A stretch of 61,887 bases of DNA, taken from Candidatus Omnitrophota bacterium. GTDB lineage: Bacteria > Omnitrophota > Gorgyraeia > Gygaellales > Profunditerraquicolaceae. Below, one piece after another: positions 1 to 9,646 of the stretch. The stretch covers positions 1-61,887 of the forward strand of contig JAZDED010000024.1 in assembly GCA_043809145.1 (NCBI GenBank), written 5' to 3'. The notes under the pieces were generated by a model, which did no database searches, was not told the DNA's origin, and worked only from the letters and a program-made list of their open reading frames with translations. The position numbers were made by a program, and so were the translations under genes. Each line of letters begins with the position of its first letter. Position 1 is the first letter of the stretch.

Positions 1-34
1 AAAAAACGTTCGCTTATAATTACTTTGCGAACGT
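1..34 (-). terminator. Putative intrinsic terminator hairpin downstream of ftsA
   Basis: 8-bp stem ACGTTCGC/GCGAACGT (6-13, 27-34) followed on the minus strand by a T run to the window edge. Confidence 0.5.
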
Positions 35-69
35 CATTGTTAGCCTACTTCATTTCTCTATATAAAAGG

Positions 70-98
70 AGCATAACAGGCAACTACTCTAATGTCAA
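70..98 (-). promoter_or_regulatory. Putative sigma70 promoter
   Basis: Minus strand TTGACA-17 bp-TATGCT with TGn extended -10. Confidence 0.45.
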
Positions 99-112
99 GT
101 AAAATACTTGAG

Positions 113-1366
113 TTAAAAATATTCATGGTATAAACCCTCTAATTTTGAGAGTAATTTCTTAACCGGGTTAGGTTCCAGGATTTTAGTCTTGGAAAAAACT
201 GCTTCCTGGGGCAGTATAGCCTGACAGATAATCCCTAAACAACTGATATATGATATATATTTGTTTCCCGCCAAAACCTCAAAACGGTTAAACAGTCCCG
301 CTAACTCCGGGTTATTGATACGCGCTAGCTTTACCCTAACGCTCAATTCCGTTTCCAATAACTCCAGAAACCCCTCCTGTAACGATGCCCTGCCGCAAAC
401 CAGGATATTCTTAACTTCAACCAACGCAGTTTGTTTTTCAACCCTGGCTCTAATCTCTTTGGCCATGGCCCTGGCTTGGCGGGTAATTATATCGCATATA
501 ACCCTTTGTTTTATCGGCTTGTAAAAAGCTTCTTTTCTTAACAACACCTCTTTTTCATCGCTGATACCGATATTCTCTCCAACCACGCCATAACCAATTT
601 TTATCTCCTCGGCCAAGTCTAAGGGTAAATTTAACTCCTCTGAAAGAGCCCCGGTAATGGTATCGCCGGCAAATGACATAACTTCGATATTCCTCAATAT
701 ACCGTTTTGAAATATAAGTAATTCGGTGACCTGGCTGCCAATATCACAGATGATATTAATCCCGTCATTAAAATCGCGATTTGCTATTGCCCGGGTTGTA
801 GCCAGCCCTGTAAAAAACAAATCTCTTACTTCATAGCCGGCCTGATTCAATACATGCACTAATGTCTGGACAGTTGATAACTTTGCGCAAACCAAAAACA
901 AATCCACTTCCAGCCTGTGCCCATAAAGTCCGAGCGGATTGGTTATATTTGACTTATTATCTACCGTATAGCTAAAAGGTATTTTATGCACCACCTCTTC
1001 ATCTATATTTGATCCCAAAACAAAAGCCTGCTCATTAACTCTATTAAGGTCAGACGACATTATAACCTTATTGCCTCTTTCAGCCAAAGGTATGATAGCA
1101 TGGCTATGTTTAGTAATGATATCCCTTCCAGAAAGATTCGTATAAACAAATCTGATTTTAAACCCTGACCTTTTCTTTAAAGCCTTCAATATTTTAGATA
1201 AAGATTCCATAAGGCTCGCCGGATCTACAATCACGCCATTTTTTATTCCTCTAGATTGGGCACTTTCAAAAAAAAGATTATTAATTCGGCCATTTTTGAC
1301 GACAGCTAAGGCAGCAGAAATCTTACTTGAACCGATATCCATCCCGCAGATATGACTAGTCAGCAT
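113..1366 (-). CDS. ftsA: Cell division protein FtsA
   Basis: N-terminal DIGSSKI and second DIG actin-fold phosphate motifs; follows ftsQ in dcw cluster. Confidence 0.93.
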   Translation of the reverse strand: MLTSHICGMDIGSSKISAALAVVKNGRINNLFFESAQSRGIKNGVIVDPASLMESLSKILKALKKRSGFKIRFVYTNLSGRDIITKHSHAIIPLAERGNKVIMSSDLNRVNEQAFVLGSNIDEEVVHKIPFSYTVDNKSNITNPLGLYGHRLEVDLFLVCAKLSTVQTLVHVLNQAGYEVRDLFFTGLATTRAIANRDFNDGINIICDIGSQVTELLIFQNGILRNIEVMSFAGDTITGALSEELNLPLDLAEEIKIGYGVVGENIGISDEKEVLLRKEAFYKPIKQRVICDIITRQARAMAKEIRARVEKQTALVEVKNILVCGRASLQEGFLELLETELSVRVKLARINNPELAGLFNRFEVLAGNKYISYISCLGIICQAILPQEAVFSKTKILEPNPVKKLLSKLEGLYHEYF

Positions 1367-2150
1367 TTTTAAATTTTATCACTGGTTCCTTAAAACGCAG
1401 GTCAATATATTTTATATTCGCAAAATCCTTAACCCCTTGAGTCAAAACGCTAGCCAGAATACCAACTTTTTCCTTAATCTTATCCGTGCTAAACCTTACC
1501 TCTACGGGAATACCCCGCGCTCTTGCCTGAAGATTATCCTCTGCAATATTCAAGCTGGCAAAAACCAATAAAGAATTAGGGTCTCCGGCATCCAAGCGCT
1601 TTAGCGTTAAAGTATGTAGAGCCTTATTCTGTTTTATTTCCTGAATTAATTCTAAAGACAATTTTAATTCCCGAATATTATAACCCCTAATACCCTTGTG
1701 AACAAACAACTTTTTTTCCAAGCCTGTAACCATGGGTAATTCCAAAGAGACCGGATAATCTAGAGCCGGAAAAATAAACATCTCCCGGTCAATATAATAA
1801 TCTTTGGAAAGCCTCACATAAGCCAAGGGCTGCCTTAATACTGAATCCAGATAAATCTGGTTAGGCAGAATTCTAATTATGCGCGCATTGCGGAATTGCG
1901 GGTTACGCTCCAAGAAAGTTTTGGTTTCAATACTTAAATTCACGGCAAATATATTTTGCCCTTTAAGATGTCCAAGCGAACTGCTATCGGCTTCTTTACT
2001 CAAAATATCCTTTATCTTGAAGTAATCCGTCTTCTTAAAGGCGCTCACTACAAATAATAAGAAAACAAATACTGGGCAAACCAACAGGCAAACGATTAAG
2101 ACTCTGAGGATCAAGACTTTTTTAATTTTAATTTTAGGCACTTTATACAC
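1356..2150 (-). CDS. ftsQ: Cell division protein FtsQ/DivIB
   Basis: Basic N-terminus, one TM helix, POTRA-like region, C-terminal YIDLRF motif; between ddl and ftsA. Confidence 0.85.
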   Translation of the reverse strand: MYKVPKIKIKKVLILRVLIVCLLVCPVFVFLLFVVSAFKKTDYFKIKDILSKEADSSSLGHLKGQNIFAVNLSIETKTFLERNPQFRNARIIRILPNQIYLDSVLRQPLAYVRLSKDYYIDREMFIFPALDYPVSLELPMVTGLEKKLFVHKGIRGYNIRELKLSLELIQEIKQNKALHTLTLKRLDAGDPNSLLVFASLNIAEDNLQARARGIPVEVRFSTDKIKEKVGILASVLTQGVKDFANIKYIDLRFKEPVIKFKNAD

Positions 2151-3078
2151 CCCTCTTAAAAGCTAACTCAATTAACCTAAGGCATAATTGCCCGAATTCA
2201 ATACCCGCTACCTTGGCTGCCTTGGGCAAAAGGCTGGTCGAGGTAAAACCGGGAATACTGTTAACCTCCAAAATGCAGGGAAGGTTCTTCTTGTTTACGA
2301 TTATATCAACCCGGGAACAGCCATAACAATCCAAACATTTATGCGCTAAAAGAGCCGCTTCCTGGACTTTATACCCTAGCGCCTTATCCAATTTTGCCGG
2401 GACCATATAATCCGCCATTCCCGAATGGTATTTAGCATCAAAATCAAAAAATTTATTTTTCGGGATTATTTCAATAATCGGTAAGGTTATTTCTTCTAAT
2501 ATACCAACAGTAAGCTCTCTCCCCGGAATATATTCTTCAATAAGCGCCCTCTCGTCTAAAGATAAGGCTAATTCAACTGCCTGGGTTAATTGTTTGGCCG
2601 AATCAATTATGGAAAGTCCTACACTTGAACCATTATTAACCGGTTTAACTACCACAGGAAATCGCAGTTTTAGACAATCATCGTGTACTTTATCATTACG
2701 GTTTAAAATCTTATATACAGGCACATGCAAGCCTTGCGCTTGAAAGATGCGGCGCGAAGCAACCTTATCCATGGCTAAACAACTGCTCCTAACCCCGGAG
2801 CCGGTATAAGGAATATTCAAATCTTGCAGCAGTTGCTGAATTTGGCCATCTTCACCGAATAATCCATGCATGGCAATAAAGGCGCAATCAAAGCAGGATT
2901 CCTTTAATAATTGCTCTACTTTTTGCAAATCACGGGTGGTAATATCAATTGCGCAAACTTCCAAACCCAGCCCCTTTAAGCTGTCATATACCGCTTTGCC
3001 AGATTTAAGAGAAATTTCTCTTTCTGAAGAATCTCCTCCCATTAATATCCCAACCTTGCCATGCTGGCTTAATCCCAT
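2143..3078 (-). CDS. ddl: D-alanine--D-alanine ligase
   Basis: GGDSSEREISL, HGLFGEDG, GSSVG and LEVNSIPG motifs. Confidence 0.96.
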   Translation of the reverse strand: MGLSQHGKVGILMGGDSSEREISLKSGKAVYDSLKGLGLEVCAIDITTRDLQKVEQLLKESCFDCAFIAMHGLFGEDGQIQQLLQDLNIPYTGSGVRSSCLAMDKVASRRIFQAQGLHVPVYKILNRNDKVHDDCLKLRFPVVVKPVNNGSSVGLSIIDSAKQLTQAVELALSLDERALIEEYIPGRELTVGILEEITLPIIEIIPKNKFFDFDAKYHSGMADYMVPAKLDKALGYKVQEAALLAHKCLDCYGCSRVDIIVNKKNLPCILEVNSIPGFTSTSLLPKAAKVAGIEFGQLCLRLIELAFKRGV

Positions 3079-3950
3079 ATCACTATCTCCGGATAAAGAT
3101 TCACCCTAAACTTACACTTTATTTCCCTCTTAATGCGACGCATTAAAGTTGCCACATCAGTCGAATTTGCGCCGCCCTTATTTATAATAAAGTTGGCATG
3201 TTTATATGATACCTGGGCACCTCCTATATTTAACCCCTTTAATCCGCAAATATCTATTAACTGTCCCGCGCTCTTTCCCGGAGGATTCTTAAAAACACAA
3301 CCTGCGCTGGGATTTCTCCAGTCTTGTTTAAGCCGACGTTCAACTAGATATCTAGCGATCCGGCCTTCTATGGCCTGCCTGCGCCCGGATTTGAACCTGA
3401 ATACCACCGCCAGAATTATATATTTATTTAATCCGGACTCCCGGTAGGAAAAAACAATTTTCTTACGGTCCAATATCATGACATTACCGTTATAATCCAT
3501 GACCCTTATTTTCTCCACTAAATCAGCCATAGATAAATCCTTTATCCCGGCATTCATAAAAACTGCTCCACCTATTGTTCCGGGAATACCCGCCAGAAAC
3601 TCAGCGCCCGTTAGATTATTTTCTTTTGCCTTTTTCACTAACGAGCCTAAACCGGCTCCCGCTCCGGCGATTATGTGTGTTTTTTTAACCAACAACTTTG
3701 TGAAGTTTTTTGCAGCAAGCTTTATTACTATACCATTCCAGGGCTTGTCAGAGCTAAGTATATTACTACCTGCGCCAATGAGGCGAACCTTGAAACTAGC
3801 CTGCTTGGCGAATTTTAAAATTTCGCTTAACTCTCTCTCGTCAAAAGGCTCAATAAAATATTTGGCCTTACCACCAATCCCCAAAGTGGTATGTTTTTTA
3901 ATCGGCTCCTTAATTTTCAGCTTACCTCTTAATTTTTTCCACCAATTCAT
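3069..3950 (-). CDS. murB: UDP-N-acetylenolpyruvoylglucosamine reductase
   Basis: GAGSN, GIPGTIGGAVFMNAG, SAGCVFKNP and HANFIIN motifs. Confidence 0.96.
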   Translation of the reverse strand: MNWWKKLRGKLKIKEPIKKHTTLGIGGKAKYFIEPFDERELSEILKFAKQASFKVRLIGAGSNILSSDKPWNGIVIKLAAKNFTKLLVKKTHIIAGAGAGLGSLVKKAKENNLTGAEFLAGIPGTIGGAVFMNAGIKDLSMADLVEKIRVMDYNGNVMILDRKKIVFSYRESGLNKYIILAVVFRFKSGRRQAIEGRIARYLVERRLKQDWRNPSAGCVFKNPPGKSAGQLIDICGLKGLNIGGAQVSYKHANFIINKGGANSTDVATLMRRIKREIKCKFRVNLYPEIVIWD

Positions 3951-5283
3951 CGCAGACCCTGGTTATATCTCCTGCCCCTAACATTATAAGCGCGTCTCCC
4001 GGCGCAATCTCTTTCATTACAGTACGGCTGATATCGTCTTTTGGAACATAACTCACTGGCTTAGCGGGAGCATTTCTTTTAATCTTATCCACCAAAAGCA
4101 TTGCATCTACCCCTTCAATCATCGGTTCACCTGCAGGGTATATATCGGTAATGATTAAATGGTCTGCTGAATCAAAACAACCGGCAAATTCATCCAGGAG
4201 CAATTTAGTCCTGGTGTAACGATGCGGCTGAAAAACAGCTACCATCCGCTTTGCCTTTAGGTTCCTGACTGCTTCCAGGGTAGCGCGAATTTCAGTAGGA
4301 TGATGCGCGTAGTCATCAATAATGATATAATCTGCATCCTTATATTTGACCTCCAGCCTGCGGCCGGCCCCCTTATATGTAGAAAAGGCATCGCGTATTA
4401 AATCAAGCCGTATGCCCATTTCCAGGCCCAAGGCTATAACCGCCAGAGAATTTACTATATTATGCCTGCCCCCTAAAGGAAGATGAAAATGCCCGAGAAA
4501 ATTGCTACTGCGAAAACAGTCAAATTCCGAACTCAAATCCTTATATAAAATATTTCTGGGGTAAAACTCTGCCTTACTGCTAAAACCAAAAAGTATTTTC
4601 TTTATTTTGAAATCCCGGATGAGATCCATAATATTTTGGTCATCAATGCAGGCAAAAAGACTCCCCTCTTCTTTAGTCTTTAGCATGTACTCTTTGAAAG
4701 CCTTAAGTTCACTCTCAAAATCCAGGTAATAATCCAGGTGTTCACGGTCAATGTTGGTTATTATAGAATATTGCGGGTTATAAAAAATAAATGAGCCGTC
4801 AGATTCATCAGCCTCAGCCACAAAATAATCTCCGCCTCCAAAATAGGCATTACTGTCTATATTTTTAAGGATTCCTCCTATGGCTATTGTGGGTTTTAAC
4901 CCTGCCTTAATCAACATATGAGAAACTAATGATGATGTAGTTGTCTTGCCGTGGCTGCCGGCTACCGTTATTGCAAGTTTATCCTGCATTAGCTCTGCCA
5001 GAATCTGAGCCCTTTTTATAATACGCACGCTTTTGTGTTCTGCGGCCATCAATTCCGGATTATCCTTCTTTACCGCAGAGCTATAGACCAGTATATCTGC
5101 GTCCTTTAAGTTCCCTGCATCATGCCCTATATAAACATTTGCGCCGAGTTCCCTTAATCTCCTGATGGGTTCTGTCTCTTTAAGGTCTGAGCCGCTTACC
5201 TTAAAACCACGTTCCAATAGTATTCGAGCAATTCCGCTCATTCCGATACCACCGATACCTACCAAATGATACTTCCTGCTCAT
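3922..5283 (-). CDS. murC: UDP-N-acetylmuramate--L-alanine ligase
   Basis: GIGGIGMSG, GSHGKTTT, EADESD, DDYAHHPTE, FQPHRY; start placed at ATG 5283 (TAATG overlap with upstream stop). Confidence 0.96.
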   Translation of the reverse strand: MSRKYHLVGIGGIGMSGIARILLERGFKVSGSDLKETEPIRRLRELGANVYIGHDAGNLKDADILVYSSAVKKDNPELMAAEHKSVRIIKRAQILAELMQDKLAITVAGSHGKTTTSSLVSHMLIKAGLKPTIAIGGILKNIDSNAYFGGGDYFVAEADESDGSFIFYNPQYSIITNIDREHLDYYLDFESELKAFKEYMLKTKEEGSLFACIDDQNIMDLIRDFKIKKILFGFSSKAEFYPRNILYKDLSSEFDCFRSSNFLGHFHLPLGGRHNIVNSLAVIALGLEMGIRLDLIRDAFSTYKGAGRRLEVKYKDADYIIIDDYAHHPTEIRATLEAVRNLKAKRMVAVFQPHRYTRTKLLLDEFAGCFDSADHLIITDIYPAGEPMIEGVDAMLLVDKIKRNAPAKPVSYVPKDDISRTVMKEIAPGDALIMLGAGDITRVCDELVEKIKR

Positions 5284-6059
5284 TATCTTAAATACCCTTT
5301 CCAATCTGTTTCTAGCTCACTCAAATCTTTAAAACTATAAACACGCGATAACGCCCTTAAAAAATCCTGTCTTTCCCTGAGATCCCGGCAAAAAGTTACA
5401 AATTTATCCCTCGACATTTTTTTTAATAAATATTCCACGATATTTGCTGCTTGGGCATAATAAATCTCTACCCTCTCCTGGTCCGGGCTAGACGTTGGAT
5501 CAAAATTAGAGAGTTCCTCAAGGCTAAACAACCTGTTTTCCCTAAGAGCCTTACCAAAAACAGCCTGGTGGAAAATATTCAACTGATTCTCCTGATACGT
5601 TGCTAACCCCTCCTCCAACCAGAGCGGAATTGCCGAGTTATTGAAACCTACGAACTCCCTAAAAATGATATGGCCCAATTCATGGGGTAATATTGCAGCA
5701 AAAAAATCCGGCGCTTCAACATAAGTGTGAATAATTTTTTCCCGCGGCAAAGCTAGACCCGCAGACCAATCCGGGCCATGCATACTATCCTGATATTGCT
5801 TTTGGTTATCATAAATATAAATTCTGGCCCGCTTATCCCAAAGCCAGAAGTCATATCGATTATAACCTAAACTTTGAGCGATTTGATTATAATGCTTTTC
5901 TGATTCTCTTACAATCCTGGCGATAAAATCTTTCGGCGCGTTGCGATAATGAACCAGAAAATGCGTACTTTTTTCAACTCTCCAGGCATCAAGTTCGCGG
6001 GCAGGCGCAGATATACAAAAAGAAAGATAAATTAAAAAAAAGAATAAGCTTTTTCGCAT
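5283..6059 (-). CDS. Secreted zinc metallopeptidase, peptidase MA-like (gluzincin)
   Basis: Signal peptide; PHELGH (HEXXH) and downstream WLEEGLA third-ligand motif. Confidence 0.8.
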   Translation of the reverse strand: MRKSLFFFLIYLSFCISAPARELDAWRVEKSTHFLVHYRNAPKDFIARIVRESEKHYNQIAQSLGYNRYDFWLWDKRARIYIYDNQKQYQDSMHGPDWSAGLALPREKIIHTYVEAPDFFAAILPHELGHIIFREFVGFNNSAIPLWLEEGLATYQENQLNIFHQAVFGKALRENRLFSLEELSNFDPTSSPDQERVEIYYAQAANIVEYLLKKMSRDKFVTFCRDLRERQDFLRALSRVYSFKDLSELETDWKGYLR

Positions 6060-7127
6060 TTATAGGCTCAAGAGCGTATCCGCCAGCCTTTGCCTGGCAT
6101 CAAATTGCGGGGCAATTAGCTGGCTCATATCCAAAGGCCTATTCATCATGTCCTGGATACAAATTTGCAAAAGACCCTCATCTAGTTTAGGGTCTTCTAT
6201 GATGCGCGCCAGGCCGCGGGATTCCATAATCGCGGCATTAGCCATTTGATGGTTATAGGCATAAGGATAAGGTATAATTATAGCCGGCTTGTGAAAGTAT
6301 AATAACTCCGCAATAGTTGTAGCTCCAGCCCTGCAAATAACCAAATCGCTGGCTGAATACGCATACTCCATTTCTTTCAAAAAAGGAAATAGACGAAAAT
6401 CAACACCTAACGACCGATATCCTTTTTCTAAAACTGCGTAATCGTCTCCCGTGCCAAGATGTAACACCTGGATTCGGGAAGCGCCGTCTAAACCCGTAAG
6501 CGCTTCTAATATGGCGAGGTTTATCCTCTTGCTCCCCTGGCTTCCGCCAACAACTAAAATCGTAAATTTTCCCTGATTAAGGCCAAAAAAAGCAAAAGCC
6601 TTATCCTTAGCGATTAACCTCATATTTTTACGCAAAGGATTGCCGACTAATTCTACCCTCTGCCTGCAATCATTTATATAAGCTGCCGTCTCCGGAAAAG
6701 ATACGGCGATTACATCTACTATCCTTGCTAAAATCATGTTGGCGCGTCCAGGAATAACATTCTGTTCATGTATAATCGTCTTGATACGCAGCAGCCAGGC
6801 CCAAAAAACAACCGGAACAGAAGTAATAGTGCCAAAACCTACAACTGCCTGGGGCTTAAATTCAATAATTATAAAGAAGCTCTCCAGAAAGGATTTTAAG
6901 AGGCTCCATAAACTCCCGGCCAAGAGTGATACGGATTTAGTAGTCGAGCGGACAAATGTTATATACCTGACCTCAGAAGGCTGTAGGCCTAAACCAAAGC
7001 TATACTTTTTTCTTGGAATAACCAGTAAACATGAACCGCGATTATTTCTTTTGTTTAATTCTTCCAGAAGAGCGATTGCCGGAAAGATATGCCCGCCGCT
7101 TGAACCACTGACTATCAGAACTTTCAT
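6060..7127 (-). CDS. murG: Lipid II GlcNAc transferase MurG
   Basis: GGHIFPA, HEQN, GNPLR, GGSQGS, CRAGATT and HQMANA motifs. Confidence 0.96.
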   Translation of the reverse strand: MKVLIVSGSSGGHIFPAIALLEELNKRNNRGSCLLVIPRKKYSFGLGLQPSEVRYITFVRSTTKSVSLLAGSLWSLLKSFLESFFIIIEFKPQAVVGFGTITSVPVVFWAWLLRIKTIIHEQNVIPGRANMILARIVDVIAVSFPETAAYINDCRQRVELVGNPLRKNMRLIAKDKAFAFFGLNQGKFTILVVGGSQGSKRINLAILEALTGLDGASRIQVLHLGTGDDYAVLEKGYRSLGVDFRLFPFLKEMEYAYSASDLVICRAGATTIAELLYFHKPAIIIPYPYAYNHQMANAAIMESRGLARIIEDPKLDEGLLQICIQDMMNRPLDMSQLIAPQFDARQRLADTLLSL

Positions 7128-7284
7128 CCAGACAAACTCCTCATTCAAAACTCGACGCCTAAATCTTGACGCCAGGCAATGTCATGAAATAAATGGCACG
7201 CTTAACAATTTTACTTTTTTTTGGCAATTATGTTTATTCAATAATTTCTATTTTTTGATGCCGTAATTAAAAGAGATTCTAAGG

Positions 7285-8376
7285 CTAAGGGTACTCTCCC
7301 GTCCGGGCGATATTCAGCAATATACCCACACTCAACAAATCAAAAATAAACGAAGATCCCCCATAACTTATAAAAGGCAGAGGTAACCCCTTTGTCGGCA
7401 ATATGCCGCAAGACACACCAATATTTACTAAAGCCTTGAAACATAACATTAATACCAGCCCCAGGCCTAAAAGATAACCGAATTTATCATTAGTATTCTT
7501 GATAATCTTAAGAGAAAATCGAATGAATAATAGGAATAAAAAGATTACAGCTATTGTTCCCAAAAGCCCTAATTCTTCTCCTATTATTGAGAAAATAAAA
7601 TCTGTATGCGCAGCTGGAAGGTAAAATAATTTCTGACGCGAATGGCCCAGGCCCATACCCCATAAACCTCCGGAACCCAAAGCTAGCTGAGATTGAATAA
7701 TCTGAAAACCAATTCCCTGCGGGTCTGCCCAGGGATTTAAAAAAGCCAAAATACGCCTCTTTCTATAAGGAACGCTGAAAATCAGGATATAGAGAAAAGG
7801 AATAGCGCTTAAAATAATGGTTAATAGATATGCCGGCCGGACTCCGCTTATAAAAAGCATGATAAAAATTACTGAAAACATAGCAATAGAAGTACCCAAG
7901 TCAGGCTGCATTATAATCAAGAGGAGCGTAAATCCGAGCACCAGCAATACCGGCAGAAACCCCTGCCAGGAGCTCCTCACTGAATCATACTTGCGGCTGA
8001 TAAAATCGGCAACATAAATAATTATGGCAATATTTGCCAGCTCCGATGGTTGAAAACTTAAGAATTTAAAACGGAACCAGCGCCGGGCTCCTCCGACCTC
8101 TCTACCTAACCCGGGAATTAAAACCAGGACCAACAGGACCAATGACACAAGCATAAGCGGCTTGGCAATTTTTTTTAATTTTCGGTAATCAAAAAACATG
8201 ACCAGGAGCGTACTGATAAGGCCCACTCCCACAAAAGCCAGGTGTCGTTTTAAGAAAAAAGAAGGATCGCTATATCTCTCCCAGGCATATATGCGCGAGG
8301 CGCTGAAAATCATTATTATACCAATACAGATCAAGATTATGGTTGTGGCAAAAAGATTAATCCTCACATCACGCAT
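7285..8376 (-). CDS. ftsW: SEDS peptidoglycan polymerase FtsW
   Basis: Polytopic; GARRW, FQPSE, QPDLG, LPAAHTDFI, LPFISYGGSS. Confidence 0.96.
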   Translation of the reverse strand: MRDVRINLFATTIILICIGIIMIFSASRIYAWERYSDPSFFLKRHLAFVGVGLISTLLVMFFDYRKLKKIAKPLMLVSLVLLVLVLIPGLGREVGGARRWFRFKFLSFQPSELANIAIIIYVADFISRKYDSVRSSWQGFLPVLLVLGFTLLLIIMQPDLGTSIAMFSVIFIMLFISGVRPAYLLTIILSAIPFLYILIFSVPYRKRRILAFLNPWADPQGIGFQIIQSQLALGSGGLWGMGLGHSRQKLFYLPAAHTDFIFSIIGEELGLLGTIAVIFLFLLFIRFSLKIIKNTNDKFGYLLGLGLVLMLCFKALVNIGVSCGILPTKGLPLPFISYGGSSFIFDLLSVGILLNIARTGEYP

Positions 8377-9646
8377 TTTTTTTATTCTTTCTAATTAAAT
8401 CCGCAACTATCCTCTTGAATGCCCTGCCTCGGGCCTGATAATCAGAGAACATGTCAAAGCTCGAGCACATCGGAGACAGTAATATACAATCCCCTCTGCG
8501 CGCCTGGTCAAAAGCCCGTTTTACCGCTTCACTCAAAGAAGCTGCTTCATAAAAGGGCAGGCAATCACTTAAAGCCTGTTTTATTTTGTTCTTTGCCTCC
8601 CCGACAGCAAAGACTTCCTTAACCTTATTACGGGCATAAGGAAGTATGGCCTTATAATCAATACCCTTATCCCTGCCTCCGGCAATCAGAATAACCGGAC
8701 TAAATAAATTCTTTAGGGCCCAAATTGTCGAAATACCGGTAGTAGATTTGGAATCATTAATAAAGCTCACGCCCCGGCAACTTTCAAGCCTCTCGAAACG
8801 ATGTTGGATACCTTTGAATTCCTTAAACACCTTCAAACAGACATTCTTTCTGATTCCCAATAACGATGCCACACAGAGTACCGCAGCCTGGTTAGGATTA
8901 AATGCCCTGCTCTCTTTGAAGAATAAGGTTTGCGCATTAATCCGGGAAGCTAGATTTTTTACTACTAAGTCATTGGCATTCAAAACCGCAAAACAGCCCT
9001 TGTCCTGATTAATAAATATCCTCTTTTTGGCCTGTACATACTCCTGCATGTCCTTATGTCTATCCAGATGATTTGGACTGATATTAAGCATAACTGCCAC
9101 TTCCGGCTTGAAATGATTAATACCCTCTAACTGAAAAGAACTGACCTCCAGAGACACATAGTCTCCTTCCCGTATCTTATGCACCAGGCTTGTAAATGGC
9201 CGGCCTATATTACCGCAGGTAAATACTCTTTTTTTATCTGCCTCCAGGACATTAGCGATTAAGGTCGTAACCGTGGTCTTGCCGCTGGAACCGGTAACAG
9301 CAATTATCTTGCCGGAACAAAGCAGCCACCCGATTTCTATTTCACTTACTACCGAGATATCAAAAGCCCTAGCCCAGGCAACCGGCCTCGACTGCTGTGT
9401 AACACCTGGGCTGACCACCACTAAATCCGCGCCCCGGATAAAATCACGGGTGTGAGAGCCAAGTTCAAACTTAATCTTCTTGGACTTCAATTTAGAAACA
9501 TTCAGCCTGATTTGAGGATTATCTTTAGCCTCACTCACCCTTACCTTAGCGCCTAAACTAAAAAGTAGATTAGCGCAGGCCAGGCCGCTACGCGCTAGCC
9601 CTATCACAGTAACTAACTTACCTTTAAAAATCAAAGTATTTCTCAT
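8369..9646 (-). CDS. murD: UDP-MurNAc-L-Ala--D-Glu ligase
   Basis: GLARSG, VVSPG, GKTTVT, EVSSFQLE, NDSKST, LLSPMCSSFD. Confidence 0.96.
   Translation of the reverse strand: MRNTLIFKGKLVTVIGLARSGLACANLLFSLGAKVRVSEAKDNPQIRLNVSKLKSKKIKFELGSHTRDFIRGADLVVVSPGVTQQSRPVAWARAFDISVVSEIEIGWLLCSGKIIAVTGSSGKTTVTTLIANVLEADKKRVFTCGNIGRPFTSLVHKIREGDYVSLEVSSFQLEGINHFKPEVAVMLNISPNHLDRHKDMQEYVQAKKRIFINQDKGCFAVLNANDLVVKNLASRINAQTLFFKESRAFNPNQAAVLCVASLLGIRKNVCLKVFKEFKGIQHRFERLESCRGVSFINDSKSTTGISTIWALKNLFSPVILIAGGRDKGIDYKAILPYARNKVKEVFAVGEAKNKIKQALSDCLPFYEAASLSEAVKRAFDQARRGDCILLSPMCSSFDMFSDYQARGRAFKRIVADLIRKNKKNA

Noticed and set aside
7194-7210. Sigma54 promoter (TGGCACG) in the ftsW-murG gap
   Set aside because: No TTGC at the -12 position, and it points against the operon.
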